The notes beneath the pieces were generated by a model that saw only the letters and a list, made by a program, of their open reading frames with translations, did not search any database and was not told where the DNA came from. A stretch of 64,000 nucleotides of DNA, taken from Escherichia phage vB_EcoM_G37-3. Below, piece by piece: positions 1 through 9,011 of this stretch (its first letter is position 1; each line of letters starts with the position of its first letter). The DNA lies in sequence record MK327941.1. One strand, 5' to 3'. A program made the position numbers and the translations under genes.

Positions 1-657
1 CTTCGCCAAATTTAACCATTGTCAGGCCGTAACGACTACTAAACAGACGTTTCAACTGTCCAACGATTTTAGAATCAGTGGTTATAATTTCCAATTCTTC
101 TACTTCACGAAAGAATTTTCTATCAGAATCAATAAACCAGCTAGTTCCTTTATGGTCTCTATCTTCGGTTGCGCTCATTAGAGTATGGTCTTTACCATCA
201 ATTTCAATTACATCAATTTGCCCACATGGACTAACATTTTTAACAGTAAAAGGTCTATAATTTATTGCTCGTGCAATAACATAATTAAGGTTAGATACGT
301 TTTCAGCATAATGGCAGAAGTCGGTCATAGCATTCGCATCTTTCCAAGTATAAGTTTTACCAACTTCCCATTTCTGGGGAACTTCTTCAACTTCACGAAA
401 GAATTTTCTATCGAATGGACTAAAGAAATATGTTGCAGTCCAAATGTCTTTTCCTGTAGCAGTTTTCGCCGTATGATAAACACCGTCTAGCTCTATTGCA
501 TTAATCCAACCGTTACCCTCGATCTCGATGATGGTAAATGGCTTGTCACCAATAGCTGCACTAATATCGCTGTTAAGTGGAGAAAGAACACCTTCTCCGT
601 TAGTAATAAACTCAGTTTTAGCGTTTTCATCTTTCCAGGTGTAAGTTTTACCAATTT
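1..657 (-). CDS. Partial ORF (C-terminus beyond window edge), KTYK/FFREV paralog family with two internal repeat units
   Basis: ATG at 655-657 on minus strand (MKWEIGKTYTWKD...), open to window edge; motifs KWE-GKTYTWKD and DRKFFREVEE each occur twice in the translation. Confidence 0.5.
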
Positions 658-679
658 CCCATTTCATAATATATTCCCC

Positions 680-1180
680 TTAACCGATTTTATCAAGTTC
701 GTTTAATGCTTTCTCTGCTTCCTGTATAGCTTGCACTCTTTCCGGCATTTTGTCAAGAAAATCTTTCAACTCTTCAAAACTGGAGATATGACGCAAGGCA
801 TTAGCACCGATAGCCGCATGTGATTTGCATTCAAAGCGGATTTTATAATTATCCATAGCCAATTTGAGAAGGTCTATTAGATCATATTCATGACCAGGCA
901 ATAAAACTTCTTTGAAGCACGCTCGGTCGCCATCGGAAAACCATATATTATCACCAACATCGATAGAACTAATATAATCCCCTTCGTGATTATAGATTGA
1001 ACGTACATTACCCCAACGGTCTACCGTAGCGACAGTAAATGGTTTATCTAGATATGTAAACACACCATCAATATTAGGTTTTTGTTCGTAACGCCAACAA
1101 TCACGCAAAATGCGCTTTTCGTCCTCACCAACCAACTTATATGTCTTCCCTTCTTCCCATTTCATAATATCATCTCTCAT
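680..1180 (-). CDS. Hypothetical protein, KTYK/FFREV paralog family
   Basis: 166-aa ORF starting MKWEEGKTYKL; shares N-terminal and DR-x-FKEV motifs with neighbouring ORFs. Confidence 0.55.
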   Translation of the reverse strand: MRDDIMKWEEGKTYKLVGEDEKRILRDCWRYEQKPNIDGVFTYLDKPFTVATVDRWGNVRSIYNHEGDYISSIDVGDNIWFSDGDRACFKEVLLPGHEYDLIDLLKLAMDNYKIRFECKSHAAIGANALRHISSFEELKDFLDKMPERVQAIQEAEKALNELDKIG

Positions 1181-1704
1181 TTTTGATACGTGATTCTAAT
1201 TGGATCATACGGTCGCGCGTTTGCTTGTATTCTCGAATAGCACCGATCCGGCTAGGCATACCATCAAGCACGCTCTTAATCCCTTCTATGGTAGTGATTT
1301 TAGCAATGCTATTATGTAACCCCATCTTATCGATCAACTGAATGTCGTAGGCTTCCATAAGCAGACCCAGACGTTCTAAAGTTAGGTCTTCTTTTTTCTT
1401 CCGATTCTGGAATCTTAGGTTCAATAGTAACTTCGGTAAAGAAACGGCGCTCACCTGACCAAAACCACACACCGGAACAACCAATAGGGGATTCTTTTAG
1501 CGTCATAGAGTCGTAACCACTGCCGATAATAGTAATTTCTCTAACATCACCATCATCGTCAATGTCTTCTACCATAAAAGGGCGACCAGCCAACAAGTCA
1601 ACAATACATCTGTTAATAGACGACGAAAATTTAGTCAGTTCGGCTTTCGACGCTTCGCATTCAATCTTGTAAGTTTTACCAACTTCCCATTCCATAATAA
1701 TCAC
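1170..1704 (-). pseudogene. Frameshifted member of KTYK/FFREV paralog family (two overlapping ORFs 1327-1704 and 1170-1484)
   Basis: N-terminal part MEWEVGKTYKI in one frame, paralog-like C-terminal part (DGMPSRIGAIREYK) in another; frames switch at homopolymer run 1392-1397. Confidence 0.45.
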
Positions 1705-1705
1705 C

Positions 1706-2209
1706 TCAAATAATTTTCACTGGAATACTATTAACAATCTTGTATTGTACTTGATTGTCAGACCCCCGCCACGGCTTCTTCGTTGGCATATCTTTAATAT
1801 AACGACCATCGATGAACATGTCAACTGATTCTACAATTTTTCTTTGCTCATCATTCAATTGGTCAAGGGTATAACCGGACCATAGCCAAATATCTTTATT
1901 TGGCATCCATGATTTTACTTCATCGATGATCCGCTGTACACCCTTTAAATTGCGTTTATACAGTGGATCGCCACCTAAGAATGTTAGCCCCTGAATAAAA
2001 TCAGGTCTAAGCAGATCCAGAATCAATCCCATTGTATCATCGGTGAATGGTTCCCCGTTCTTAGGATTGAGTATGCTAGCATTAAAGCAACCATCACATG
2101 CGTGTGAACATCCGGTAACGTAAAGGGAGACTCTCACTCCCTCACCGTTAACCATATCACAATCTTTAATATCGGCATAGCGTAGTTTGCCGTATGTATC
2201 AGAACTCAT
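1706..2209 (-). CDS. nrdG: Anaerobic ribonucleotide reductase activating protein NrdG (radical SAM)
   Basis: Translation aligns closely with E. coli/T4 NrdG (VNGEGVRVSLYVTGCSHACDGCFN, GGDPL, IWLWSGY, WRGSDNQ); ATG at 2207-2209, track start 2215 is TTG. Confidence 0.9.
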   Translation of the reverse strand: MSSDTYGKLRYADIKDCDMVNGEGVRVSLYVTGCSHACDGCFNASILNPKNGEPFTDDTMGLILDLLRPDFIQGLTFLGGDPLYKRNLKGVQRIIDEVKSWMPNKDIWLWSGYTLDQLNDEQRKIVESVDMFIDGRYIKDMPTKKPWRGSDNQVQYKIVNSIPVKII

Positions 2210-2215
2210 ATTCAA

Positions 2216-2353
2216 TTACCCCGAACTCGTTTACAATCTGCGCTTTATAGTAACCACCGCGAGATGCCAATAGATAAGCTGGGCTTAGGTATTCGTATTC
2301 ACGGATTTCTACTTGTGCGTTTTCAGTTTCCCAAATCAGTAAAGTCCACATAT
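2216..2353 (-). CDS. Small ORF (about 45 aa) missed by the 60-aa ORF track
   Basis: ATG about 2351-2353 preceded by strong RBS AGGAGA and a PeSL-type promoter; MWTLLIWETENAQVEIREYEY... Confidence 0.3.
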
Positions 2354-2393
2354 TTGATTCTCCTGTAAAGTTGTATCTCGTCTTGATGAATAT

Positions 2394-2422
2394 AGTATAG
2401 GGGATCTCGCGATCCCCGTCAA
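2394..2422 (-). promoter_or_regulatory. Early sigma70-type promoter with spacer palindrome (PeSL-like)
   Basis: Minus strand: TTGACG, palindrome GGGGATCGCGAGATCCCC in spacer, -10 TATACT, then leader and AGGAGA RBS. Confidence 0.55.
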
Positions 2423-2431
2423 GCGTTTATT

Positions 2432-2974
2432 TTAATTTTTTCGAATGTATTCAGACCATTCCTTCCCTGTCAGTTCGGTCCCATTCTGGAAACTGAAATA
2501 TTCATACGGCATCGAGTCAAGATAAAACAGGATCATACATCGCGCCATATAATACCAATCACGATTAAAGTAAACTACGTTATCACCATTACCATCAGCA
2601 CCTTTATCATAACCATCGCGGGTACGGGCAACCCATTGAATAGTATCATTTTTCTCACGGATAATAACAGGTTCCCAATATCCAGCACATCCAGCATGAC
2701 CACACGAACAAGTAAGGAAATATTGACCTTTTGCTTTGTTGTCATCCCATTCACGATGGATTGGTTCGATCTCGTGAAACAATGCCAAGCAATCATGATT
2801 ATGCAACACTGGCTTACCATCAATCAATGCATGGAATGTATACAAACGACCAGTAGACAGATAGCTATCCTCACGCTCAACCAGTTCAATAGCAATCTTT
2901 TTAGCTCGTTCTTTGTGTCGTTGTGCTTTACGCTTACGGTTTAATGATTTCATATTCACCCCACACATTATCAA
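2432..2974 (-). CDS. Hypothetical protein (180 aa)
   Basis: Minus-strand ORF in gene chain, start overlaps stop of upstream gene (ATGA). Confidence 0.5.
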   Translation of the reverse strand: MIMCGVNMKSLNRKRKAQRHKERAKKIAIELVEREDSYLSTGRLYTFHALIDGKPVLHNHDCLALFHEIEPIHREWDDNKAKGQYFLTCSCGHAGCAGYWEPVIIREKNDTIQWVARTRDGYDKGADGNGDNVVYFNRDWYYMARCMILFYLDSMPYEYFSFQNGTELTGKEWSEYIRKN

Positions 2975-3510
2975 AGGTCGCGATATAGTACATTATGAAA
3001 ATGAGAACTTGCATTACCAATATTGTAGATAATAAATTCTTCATCCGGCGCTTGCGCTACAAATTGAGTATGAGCAACCGCCACAACCTTAAAAATACGA
3101 TCCGTGATCTTGTGTTTAATTTCTGCCCCTACTTCCATAGGAACATATTCATTTGTTTCTGTTTCAGTCGCAAAACAGCCATCTTCTTCATAAGCACGAA
3201 TAAATCGGTCGCAATCAGTACGCTTAACAAATTCAAGAGTATATAATTCTCGTGAATTGTCGGTATAGACCAATACAGAATTATTATGATAGCGAATCAC
3301 ATACAGGTTATTATCATCGTCAATTACGCAAAAGCTACGGATTCCTTCGCCTTGACTCCAGCAGATATTAACCACCGTTCCTCTAATAAAAAAACTTTCC
3401 TTTAAATTAAAACTAGCCAATGTGCTAGCGTGCATTTTAACAACAACACCATCACCAATTTCCAGTTTACGAAGTTTAACTTCTTTGCTCAGTACACAAA
3501 ACATCATCAT
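2971..3510 (-). CDS. Hypothetical protein (179 aa)
   Basis: ORF starting MMMFCVLSKE with RBS GAGGA upstream and PeSL-type promoter. Confidence 0.5.
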   Translation of the reverse strand: MMMFCVLSKEVKLRKLEIGDGVVVKMHASTLASFNLKESFFIRGTVVNICWSQGEGIRSFCVIDDDNNLYVIRYHNNSVLVYTDNSRELYTLEFVKRTDCDRFIRAYEEDGCFATETETNEYVPMEVGAEIKHKITDRIFKVVAVAHTQFVAQAPDEEFIIYNIGNASSHFHNVLYRDL

Positions 3511-3539
3511 GTTGTCCTCTCGTTGTTTTCGATGTGAGC

Positions 3540-3567
3540 ATTATACATTAGCTAATCATGTTGTCAA
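3540..3567 (-). promoter_or_regulatory. Early sigma70-type promoter
   Basis: Minus strand TTGACA, 16-nt spacer, TATAAT, followed by conserved leader and RBS. Confidence 0.55.
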
Positions 3568-3576
3568 CACCCCAAA

Positions 3577-3606
3577 ACGAAAAAGCCGACCCTTTCGGAT
3601 CGGCTG
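3577..3606 (-). terminator. Rho-independent terminator downstream of nrdD
   Basis: Minus strand hairpin AGCCGATCC-GAAA-GGGTCGGCT followed by T-rich run. Confidence 0.6.
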
Positions 3607-3610
3607 AAAT

Positions 3611-5473
3611 TTACATGTGCTTAACGCGGTTTACCATCTCGGAGTGTTTCCCGTGGTTGAATGGACGCAGATCAACAGATCCAAGATATCCACTAACGCG
3701 ACGGATAACATTCATCTTTTCCAGATTGTCATTACCGCAATCAGGACAAACAAAACCAGACTCGGTCGCTCTCATTTCCTTAGTGGATCCGCATACATGA
3801 CATACATCAGAAGGAGTATTAACACCGAAGTAGTGCAATTTATCCATTGCATAGTCTACTACAGTTTCAAGACCTTTCAGGTTGTTTTTCATGTCTGGGA
3901 ACTCAACATAAGAGATCATGCCACCGGACGCCAGCCAGTGATAATCTTTCTCAAAGTCGATTTTCTCAAATGGAGTGACTTTCCGGTCTACGTCAAGATG
4001 GAATGAGTTGGTGTACCAGTCTTTATCGGTAGCACCCTTAACAATACCAAATTGCTCTCGGTCCAGTCGATTAAATCGATAGCAAAGGCTCTCGGCTGGC
4101 GTACCGTAAAGACTAAACCCAAGTCCGGTTTCATCCTTCCATTTTTCAGTATAATGACGCAAGATCTTAAGAATATGTTTACCGTATCGCTGCGCATCTT
4201 CCGAATCAAACGGATGAACATCAAACAGGACGCTCAATACCTCATGTAAACCAATATATCCAAGAGAGATACTAGCGCGACCATCTTTCAGAACTTCCAA
4301 AATTTCATCGTTTTGATGAATACGGAAAAATGCACCTTCTGTATACAGTACAGGAGCAACATTGGCTTTAGCCCCTTTTAAAGCGTCTACGCGACTCATG
4401 AGCGCATCAAAGCAAATAGGCATACGATTAGCTAGCTCTTGTTCGAATAGCTCAATTCTGCGCATTACAGACGCTTTACCAGCACGACGCGCGGCAATAA
4501 GGGCAATACGCGGAAGATTTAGAGTCACAACACCTAAGTTATTACGTCCGTCTAATACTTCTTCGCCTTTCTCATTATGCCACACACCCAGGAAGCTACG
4601 ACAACCCATCGGGCTAACCGGAACACTAGATCCGGTGATACTACGGTTATTCTTCGCAGAGATATAATCAGGGTAAAGACGCTTACTCGAACATTCCAAT
4701 GCAAGTTGCTTAATGTCGTAGTTCGGATCTTCCGGTTTAAGGTTTAATCCTTCTTCTAAGAACATCACCAGCTTAGGAAACACCGGAGTGATACCATCTT
4801 TACCTAAACCTTTAGTTCGAACGTTCAGGATCGCTTTCTGAATCAGTTTTTCTTCCCAGCTAGTACCCATACCAAAGGTTAAAGTCACAAAAGGCGTTTG
4901 ACCGTTGGTGGAGAACAAAGTGTTGATTTCATATTCCAACGCTTGATACCCGTCTAAAGTTTCTTTTTCTGTCTTCTCTTGTGCATAGAGAGTATCAGCT
5001 TTGATTCCGTAGGTTTCGGCATCAGCAAGGTGTTTATGATATGTTTTCTCAACATACGGTGCTAACACCTGATCGATGTTTGCGATTGTGGTCCCGCCAT
5101 ATTGATGACTTGCCACCTGTGCGATAATTTGAGCGGTTACAGCACAAGCAACGCCGATTGATTTCGGACTTTCGATTTGTGCGCTACCCAATTTAAAACC
5201 ATTCTCTAACATGTCTTTTAGATTAACAAGACAGCAGTTAGTAAACGGCATAGCGGGTGCATAATCCATATCATGATAATGAATATCACCGTCTACATGC
5301 GCTTTATAGATGTGCTCAGGTAACACGGTTTTAGCAATCTGTTTAGACACAGCACCAGCAATCAGATCTCGACGTGTCGGGAATGTTCGCGCGTCTTTGT
5401 TCGCGTTCTCTTTGCTTACTTCGTTTTCTTTACCCGTTGCGATCTCTGTAATGTCTTTGATTAGTTTTTCCAT
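3611..5473 (-). CDS. nrdD: Anaerobic ribonucleoside-triphosphate reductase NrdD (glycyl radical enzyme), uninterrupted
   Basis: 620-aa ORF collinear with T4 NrdD (FPTRRDLIAGAVSK, PFTNCCLVNLKDMLENGFKLG, C-terminal Cys cluster CHVCGS...CPDCG). Confidence 0.95.
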   Translation of the reverse strand: MEKLIKDITEIATGKENEVSKENANKDARTFPTRRDLIAGAVSKQIAKTVLPEHIYKAHVDGDIHYHDMDYAPAMPFTNCCLVNLKDMLENGFKLGSAQIESPKSIGVACAVTAQIIAQVASHQYGGTTIANIDQVLAPYVEKTYHKHLADAETYGIKADTLYAQEKTEKETLDGYQALEYEINTLFSTNGQTPFVTLTFGMGTSWEEKLIQKAILNVRTKGLGKDGITPVFPKLVMFLEEGLNLKPEDPNYDIKQLALECSSKRLYPDYISAKNNRSITGSSVPVSPMGCRSFLGVWHNEKGEEVLDGRNNLGVVTLNLPRIALIAARRAGKASVMRRIELFEQELANRMPICFDALMSRVDALKGAKANVAPVLYTEGAFFRIHQNDEILEVLKDGRASISLGYIGLHEVLSVLFDVHPFDSEDAQRYGKHILKILRHYTEKWKDETGLGFSLYGTPAESLCYRFNRLDREQFGIVKGATDKDWYTNSFHLDVDRKVTPFEKIDFEKDYHWLASGGMISYVEFPDMKNNLKGLETVVDYAMDKLHYFGVNTPSDVCHVCGSTKEMRATESGFVCPDCGNDNLEKMNVIRRVSGYLGSVDLRPFNHGKHSEMVNRVKHM

Positions 5474-5486
5474 TGTATCACCTATG

Positions 5487-5512
5487 AAAAAGCGGGATTT
5501 TCTCCCGCTCGT
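5487..5512 (-). terminator. Rho-independent terminator
   Basis: Minus strand hairpin GCGGGAGAAAATCCCGC followed by TTTTT. Confidence 0.5.
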
Positions 5513-5518
5513 TGATAG

Positions 5519-6013
5519 TTATTTTACCAGTTCTGCTAATTCTTTTTCCGCCGATTCCAGTTCAGCCTTAAGCTGTTTAATCTCTTGTCGCTTCTTATTA
5601 GCGGCTTCCTGCTTACTATTTCGGATAACCTGATCTAGATACAACTCCCAATCCTGAATATTTTTGATAATGTAACCGTCAACATTAATTGGTCGGAGAT
5701 TCAGTAAAGCTTCCAGTTTAGTCGCAAAAACTTTAATTGCTGGTGTGAAGTATTCATATTCGTTATCTTCAAACCAATAACCTAGACTTGCATTATCAAT
5801 ACGAAGACGAAGTTCAAGATCAAGGTCTTTATCTTCGGTGTAAAGATCTTTCACCTGACCCAGCGAACTAACAACAACTTTAAAACGAATTTTATCTACA
5901 CCACCAAACACATCAGTAAGTATACCAGCAATTGAGCTATTAGCGCAAGATTGGTCGCTGAATGCGTCAAGGTTTTCTTTAGTTACAGTATACCAAACAT
6001 CTTGTACCCACAT
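5519..6013 (-). CDS. Hypothetical protein with C-terminal coiled coil (164 aa)
   Basis: ORF with ATG at 6011-6013, RBS GAGGAT. Confidence 0.5.
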   Translation of the reverse strand: MWVQDVWYTVTKENLDAFSDQSCANSSIAGILTDVFGGVDKIRFKVVVSSLGQVKDLYTEDKDLDLELRLRIDNASLGYWFEDNEYEYFTPAIKVFATKLEALLNLRPINVDGYIIKNIQDWELYLDQVIRNSKQEAANKKRQEIKQLKAELESAEKELAELVK

Positions 6014-6043
6014 AATATAATCCTCTCGTTGTTAAGTGGGAGT

Positions 6044-6071
6044 ATTATAGCATACTCCCTTCGCATGTCAA
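6044..6071 (-). promoter_or_regulatory. Early promoter with palindrome around -10 (PeSL-like)
   Basis: Minus strand TTGACA, spacer, TATAAT embedded in inverted repeat GGGAGTA...TACTCCC. Confidence 0.55.
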
Positions 6072-7246
6072 GCACTAACTTTTTTCTTTACTGCTTTCAC
6101 CTTCTGGCGAATTGCTCGAATCTCTTCGATCTCTTTTTCAGTATCTTTAACAATTTCTTTGCGATTCTGAATATCTTTATCGAGATTATCATCAAGTTTA
6201 GGCAGCATGTCAATCAAGAACTTTTTAAAGTCTTTCAGGTTTCGGATAACAGCACCTTCACCCATTACCGCCACGCCTACACCATCCGGCAGGTCGCCAA
6301 ACAGTTTAACCAGTTCAGACAGATGATCATGATCTTCTAGTGCTTCTTCCGGTTCAGATGGCAGTTCCACAAAGTAATAACGTTCATCATTGCTGATCAG
6401 GTGATACCAGCAAAGCCCAAAAGATTTAGGAGTATATTCTACACCACCAACTTCAACTGCGTCAACACTTCCGAAAGAATCTACTTTAGTTACCTTAAAT
6501 CCATGTTCCAGCGTTTTAATAATTTCAATAACATGACTGGATACGGTTTCAGTATTAAACCAATGAGGCAAATTATGTGGATTTGGCTTGTATCGTTCGC
6601 CTACTTTAAATCTCTGACCACGCTCTTGCATACGGACATATTCAACTCGCGTGATTTCCGCGAAGTATTCAAATTCGCCACCGTCAAACACAGAAGCCCA
6701 TTGATCACAAAAACGATCTGCCTTAACAGTTTCACCTTTCGCGGTGATCATGGTAGCTGATCCGTGCAATTCTTCTTCAACTAAAAAGCCATATTCGACA
6801 AAATCAACAAGTTTCATAGCTTCTTTGTGATCTGGATCATGCTCTCCCCAGAATCGCTTAAATTCTTGCAAACCTTCTGGGGTAAACGAATAACATTTAC
6901 CTTTTTCAAAGTAAGTCGGCATTGCATCCTCTTTCTTGTTCATCGCTTCGTATGCCTCTTTTGAGATGCGTTTAAAGTATTTACGCTCATTGTGCATAAT
7001 CATAGTAGCCCAATAATCAACAATATCATTAGCGGAATAAACTACATCTCCAGCTTCAATAGTAATAACATGACCGTGGTCATCTTTTTCTAATACTTTA
7101 AAGCCCTTTTCTACGATTTCAGCAACACGAATATGACCACGGCGCGAAGCATCGGTCAGAATAATTGAATAGCGAGAAAAGTCTAGAAACTCATCTTTAC
7201 CGCCTTCACGGAATGCATAGTAATGACCTTCAAAGAATTTAGCCAT
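6068..7246 (-). CDS. Hypothetical protein, KTYK/GFKV/ERKYF paralog family, three internal repeat units (392 aa)
   Basis: Repeated GFKV-x-VD-x-G and ERKYFKR motifs shared with ORFs 7303-7887 and 7884-8156. Confidence 0.55.
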   Translation of the reverse strand: MAKFFEGHYYAFREGGKDEFLDFSRYSIILTDASRRGHIRVAEIVEKGFKVLEKDDHGHVITIEAGDVVYSANDIVDYWATMIMHNERKYFKRISKEAYEAMNKKEDAMPTYFEKGKCYSFTPEGLQEFKRFWGEHDPDHKEAMKLVDFVEYGFLVEEELHGSATMITAKGETVKADRFCDQWASVFDGGEFEYFAEITRVEYVRMQERGQRFKVGERYKPNPHNLPHWFNTETVSSHVIEIIKTLEHGFKVTKVDSFGSVDAVEVGGVEYTPKSFGLCWYHLISNDERYYFVELPSEPEEALEDHDHLSELVKLFGDLPDGVGVAVMGEGAVIRNLKDFKKFLIDMLPKLDDNLDKDIQNRKEIVKDTEKEIEEIRAIRQKVKAVKKKVSA

Positions 7247-7276
7247 AATATAATCCTCTCGTTGTTTAGATGGGAG

Positions 7277-7305
7277 TATCTTACTACTCCCGTTTCATCA
7301 TGTCA
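7277..7305 (-). promoter_or_regulatory. Early promoter with palindrome around -10 (PeSL-like)
   Basis: Minus strand TTGACA, 17-nt spacer, TAAGAT within GGGAGTAG...ACTCCC inverted repeat. Confidence 0.55.
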
Positions 7306-7887
7306 AGCGTTAAATGACTTTTGGATCTCTTTCAGTTCAGCTACTTTATCGGCGCTATATTTTGCTTGATGTTCCATGCGCTTAAGCTCACCTTTGATAT
7401 AGGTTTCTAGCTTAGGTTTATTCTCAATCAGAAAATCTTTCAAGTCATCGGCATTTTTAAAGTATAGCTGATTATCAAAGCTAAAATCTTCCAGCGTCAA
7501 TGATACCAAAGAAGACTTCGCAAACAAGTTAATCAGATCTTCCAGAGATTCTTCTTTCTTAATTGGTTTCATTTCTTCAAACTGCTTTTTAGTGATGCGT
7601 TTAAAGTATTTTCGCTCGTTTGCAGCAATCAGAACAGATGCACCTTCATACTCATGAGTTTCTACCAGATACACACGCCCCATCGCATCAACAGTGAGAA
7701 CTTTAAAGCCGTTACAAAGCACGTCATACAAGAACTTATTATGTTGCGGACATCGTTTGATAAATTCTGCGACTGTTTCTGCACTACGGAAAGTATAGTA
7801 ACGACCTCGTTCAAAAACAGCGTCATTGGGTGACTTAACCGAATATACTTTGTATGTTTTCTGTACCATAATATAATCCTCTATCAT
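7303..7887 (-). CDS. Hypothetical protein, same paralog family (194 aa)
   Basis: Contains NERKYFKRITKKQFEEM and GFKVLTVD motifs; C-terminal LKDFL-x-KPKL motif as in ORF 680-1180. Confidence 0.55.
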   Translation of the reverse strand: MIEDYIMVQKTYKVYSVKSPNDAVFERGRYYTFRSAETVAEFIKRCPQHNKFLYDVLCNGFKVLTVDAMGRVYLVETHEYEGASVLIAANERKYFKRITKKQFEEMKPIKKEESLEDLINLFAKSSLVSLTLEDFSFDNQLYFKNADDLKDFLIENKPKLETYIKGELKRMEHQAKYSADKVAELKEIQKSFNA

Positions 7888-8156
7888 TTCACTAATTGAA
7901 CAGCACGGAACAGAATGCGGTCACACGGAAGCAGCATAAATTCCCAACGCGGATCAAAGTCTTTAGCGGTATATGTTTTCCCATCAACCGAGATTTCACT
8001 TACATAACCAATAGGTGACACTTTAAGAACAGTAAATCCATTCTTGATGACTTCGTAGGTATCTTTCAATCCTTCGTAGTCATCCTCTAGGAAGTCTTTA
8101 CGTGCTTGCTCAGATTTAAAAACATAGGCCACACCGGATTTAAACATCTTACGCAT
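7884..8156 (-). CDS. Hypothetical protein, short member of same paralog family (90 aa)
   Basis: GVAYVFKSEQARKDF and NGFTVLKV motifs. Confidence 0.5.
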   Translation of the reverse strand: MRKMFKSGVAYVFKSEQARKDFLEDDYEGLKDTYEVIKNGFTVLKVSPIGYVSEISVDGKTYTAKDFDPRWEFMLLPCDRILFRAVQLVK

Positions 8157-8187
8157 TGTTGATTCTCCTTCTTGATTAGATGGGAGT

Positions 8188-8216
8188 ATTTTACTACTCC
8201 CATTTCATGTTGTCAA
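8188..8216 (-). promoter_or_regulatory. Early promoter with palindrome around -10 (PeSL-like)
   Basis: Minus strand TTGACA, 17-nt spacer, TAAAAT within GGGAGTAG...ACTCCC inverted repeat. Confidence 0.55.
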
Positions 8217-8219
8217 CCA

Positions 8220-8708
8220 CTATCTTAATCTTTGTATGAATTGTTTCTTATACTTCTTCGTGATCTCTTCTCTTGTATCCGCGTCACAGTAATCGAAACC
8301 TTCTGCGTCCATAATAGCAACCATCTCCGCTCGTGTCAAGCGTGAAAATCGTTTTACTTTATCAACAGCATATTGAGGATGTAAATGATTGTTGGTGTAG
8401 TCTCCTTTGATGTAATTAACATAGTTTGTAGCCCAAACAACGAAATCAGCACCTAAAGCACCAACACCAAACCGTTTAAAGTCTCCGGTCAACGATCCTT
8501 CTAGGCGGTTGCAACACGAATGAAGCAATCCCCTTACGCGGCCTTGCCCTTTCCCATCTAGATCGTGGTCGTGGTCAAGATGGTTTTTGCTCATATCCTC
8601 AAAAAGTGGCAATTGACAAAGGGGGCAAATGCCCCCCTGTTTTTCGAATAGTTCTTGTTTGTACTCTTTAGCACTCTTAGCAGTCAGTAACATAAATTCA
8701 CCCTCCAA
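8220..8708 (-). CDS. 49: Endonuclease VII (Holliday junction resolvase), T4 gene 49 homolog
   Basis: Matches T4 gp49 zinc-binding core (CPLCQ...HLDHDH...GKVRGLLHSCCN). Confidence 0.85.
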   Translation of the reverse strand: MEGEFMLLTAKSAKEYKQELFEKQGGICPLCQLPLFEDMSKNHLDHDHDLDGKGQGRVRGLLHSCCNRLEGSLTGDFKRFGVGALGADFVVWATNYVNYIKGDYTNNHLHPQYAVDKVKRFSRLTRAEMVAIMDAEGFDYCDADTREEITKKYKKQFIQRLR

Positions 8709-8717
8709 AGAAGGTAT

Positions 8718-9011
8718 TTAACCATTAATCTTGTTTTTGACTACAAAGGATCGGAACTCATCAAAACCACCGATATAATCACCATCATAGAAAATCTGCG
8801 GCATGGTGGCAATAACTTCTACCCCTGCGCGATCCTGAATATCGGCAATGATAGAATCAATCTTTACCGGACGACCGTTTTCGTCCACACCATCATTAAC
8901 CGGAATGTAGATGTAAGGGATCTTACGCGCTTCACAAAGGCGCTTTGCATTCTGGCAATACTTACAGTTGTAACCTTCAAAACCAAAAATTTCTACCATG
9001 TTATACCTCAA
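8718..9011 (-). CDS. nrdC: Glutaredoxin/thioredoxin-like NrdC
   Basis: CKYCQNAKRL redox motif and MPQIFYDGDYIGGFDE resemble T4 NrdC. Confidence 0.75.
   Translation of the reverse strand: MRYNMVEIFGFEGYNCKYCQNAKRLCEARKIPYIYIPVNDGVDENGRPVKIDSIIADIQDRAGVEVIATMPQIFYDGDYIGGFDEFRSFVVKNKING

Noticed and set aside
78-490. Plus-strand ORFs 78-260 and 185-490
   Set aside because: They lie antisense to the minus-strand paralog gene that is open to the window edge, have no RBS and low-complexity translations; likely artifacts.
3617-5473. Several plus-strand ORFs inside nrdD (3617-4006, 4052-4249, 4362-4667 and others)
   Set aside because: They are antisense to a confidently identified conserved gene and show no homology pattern.
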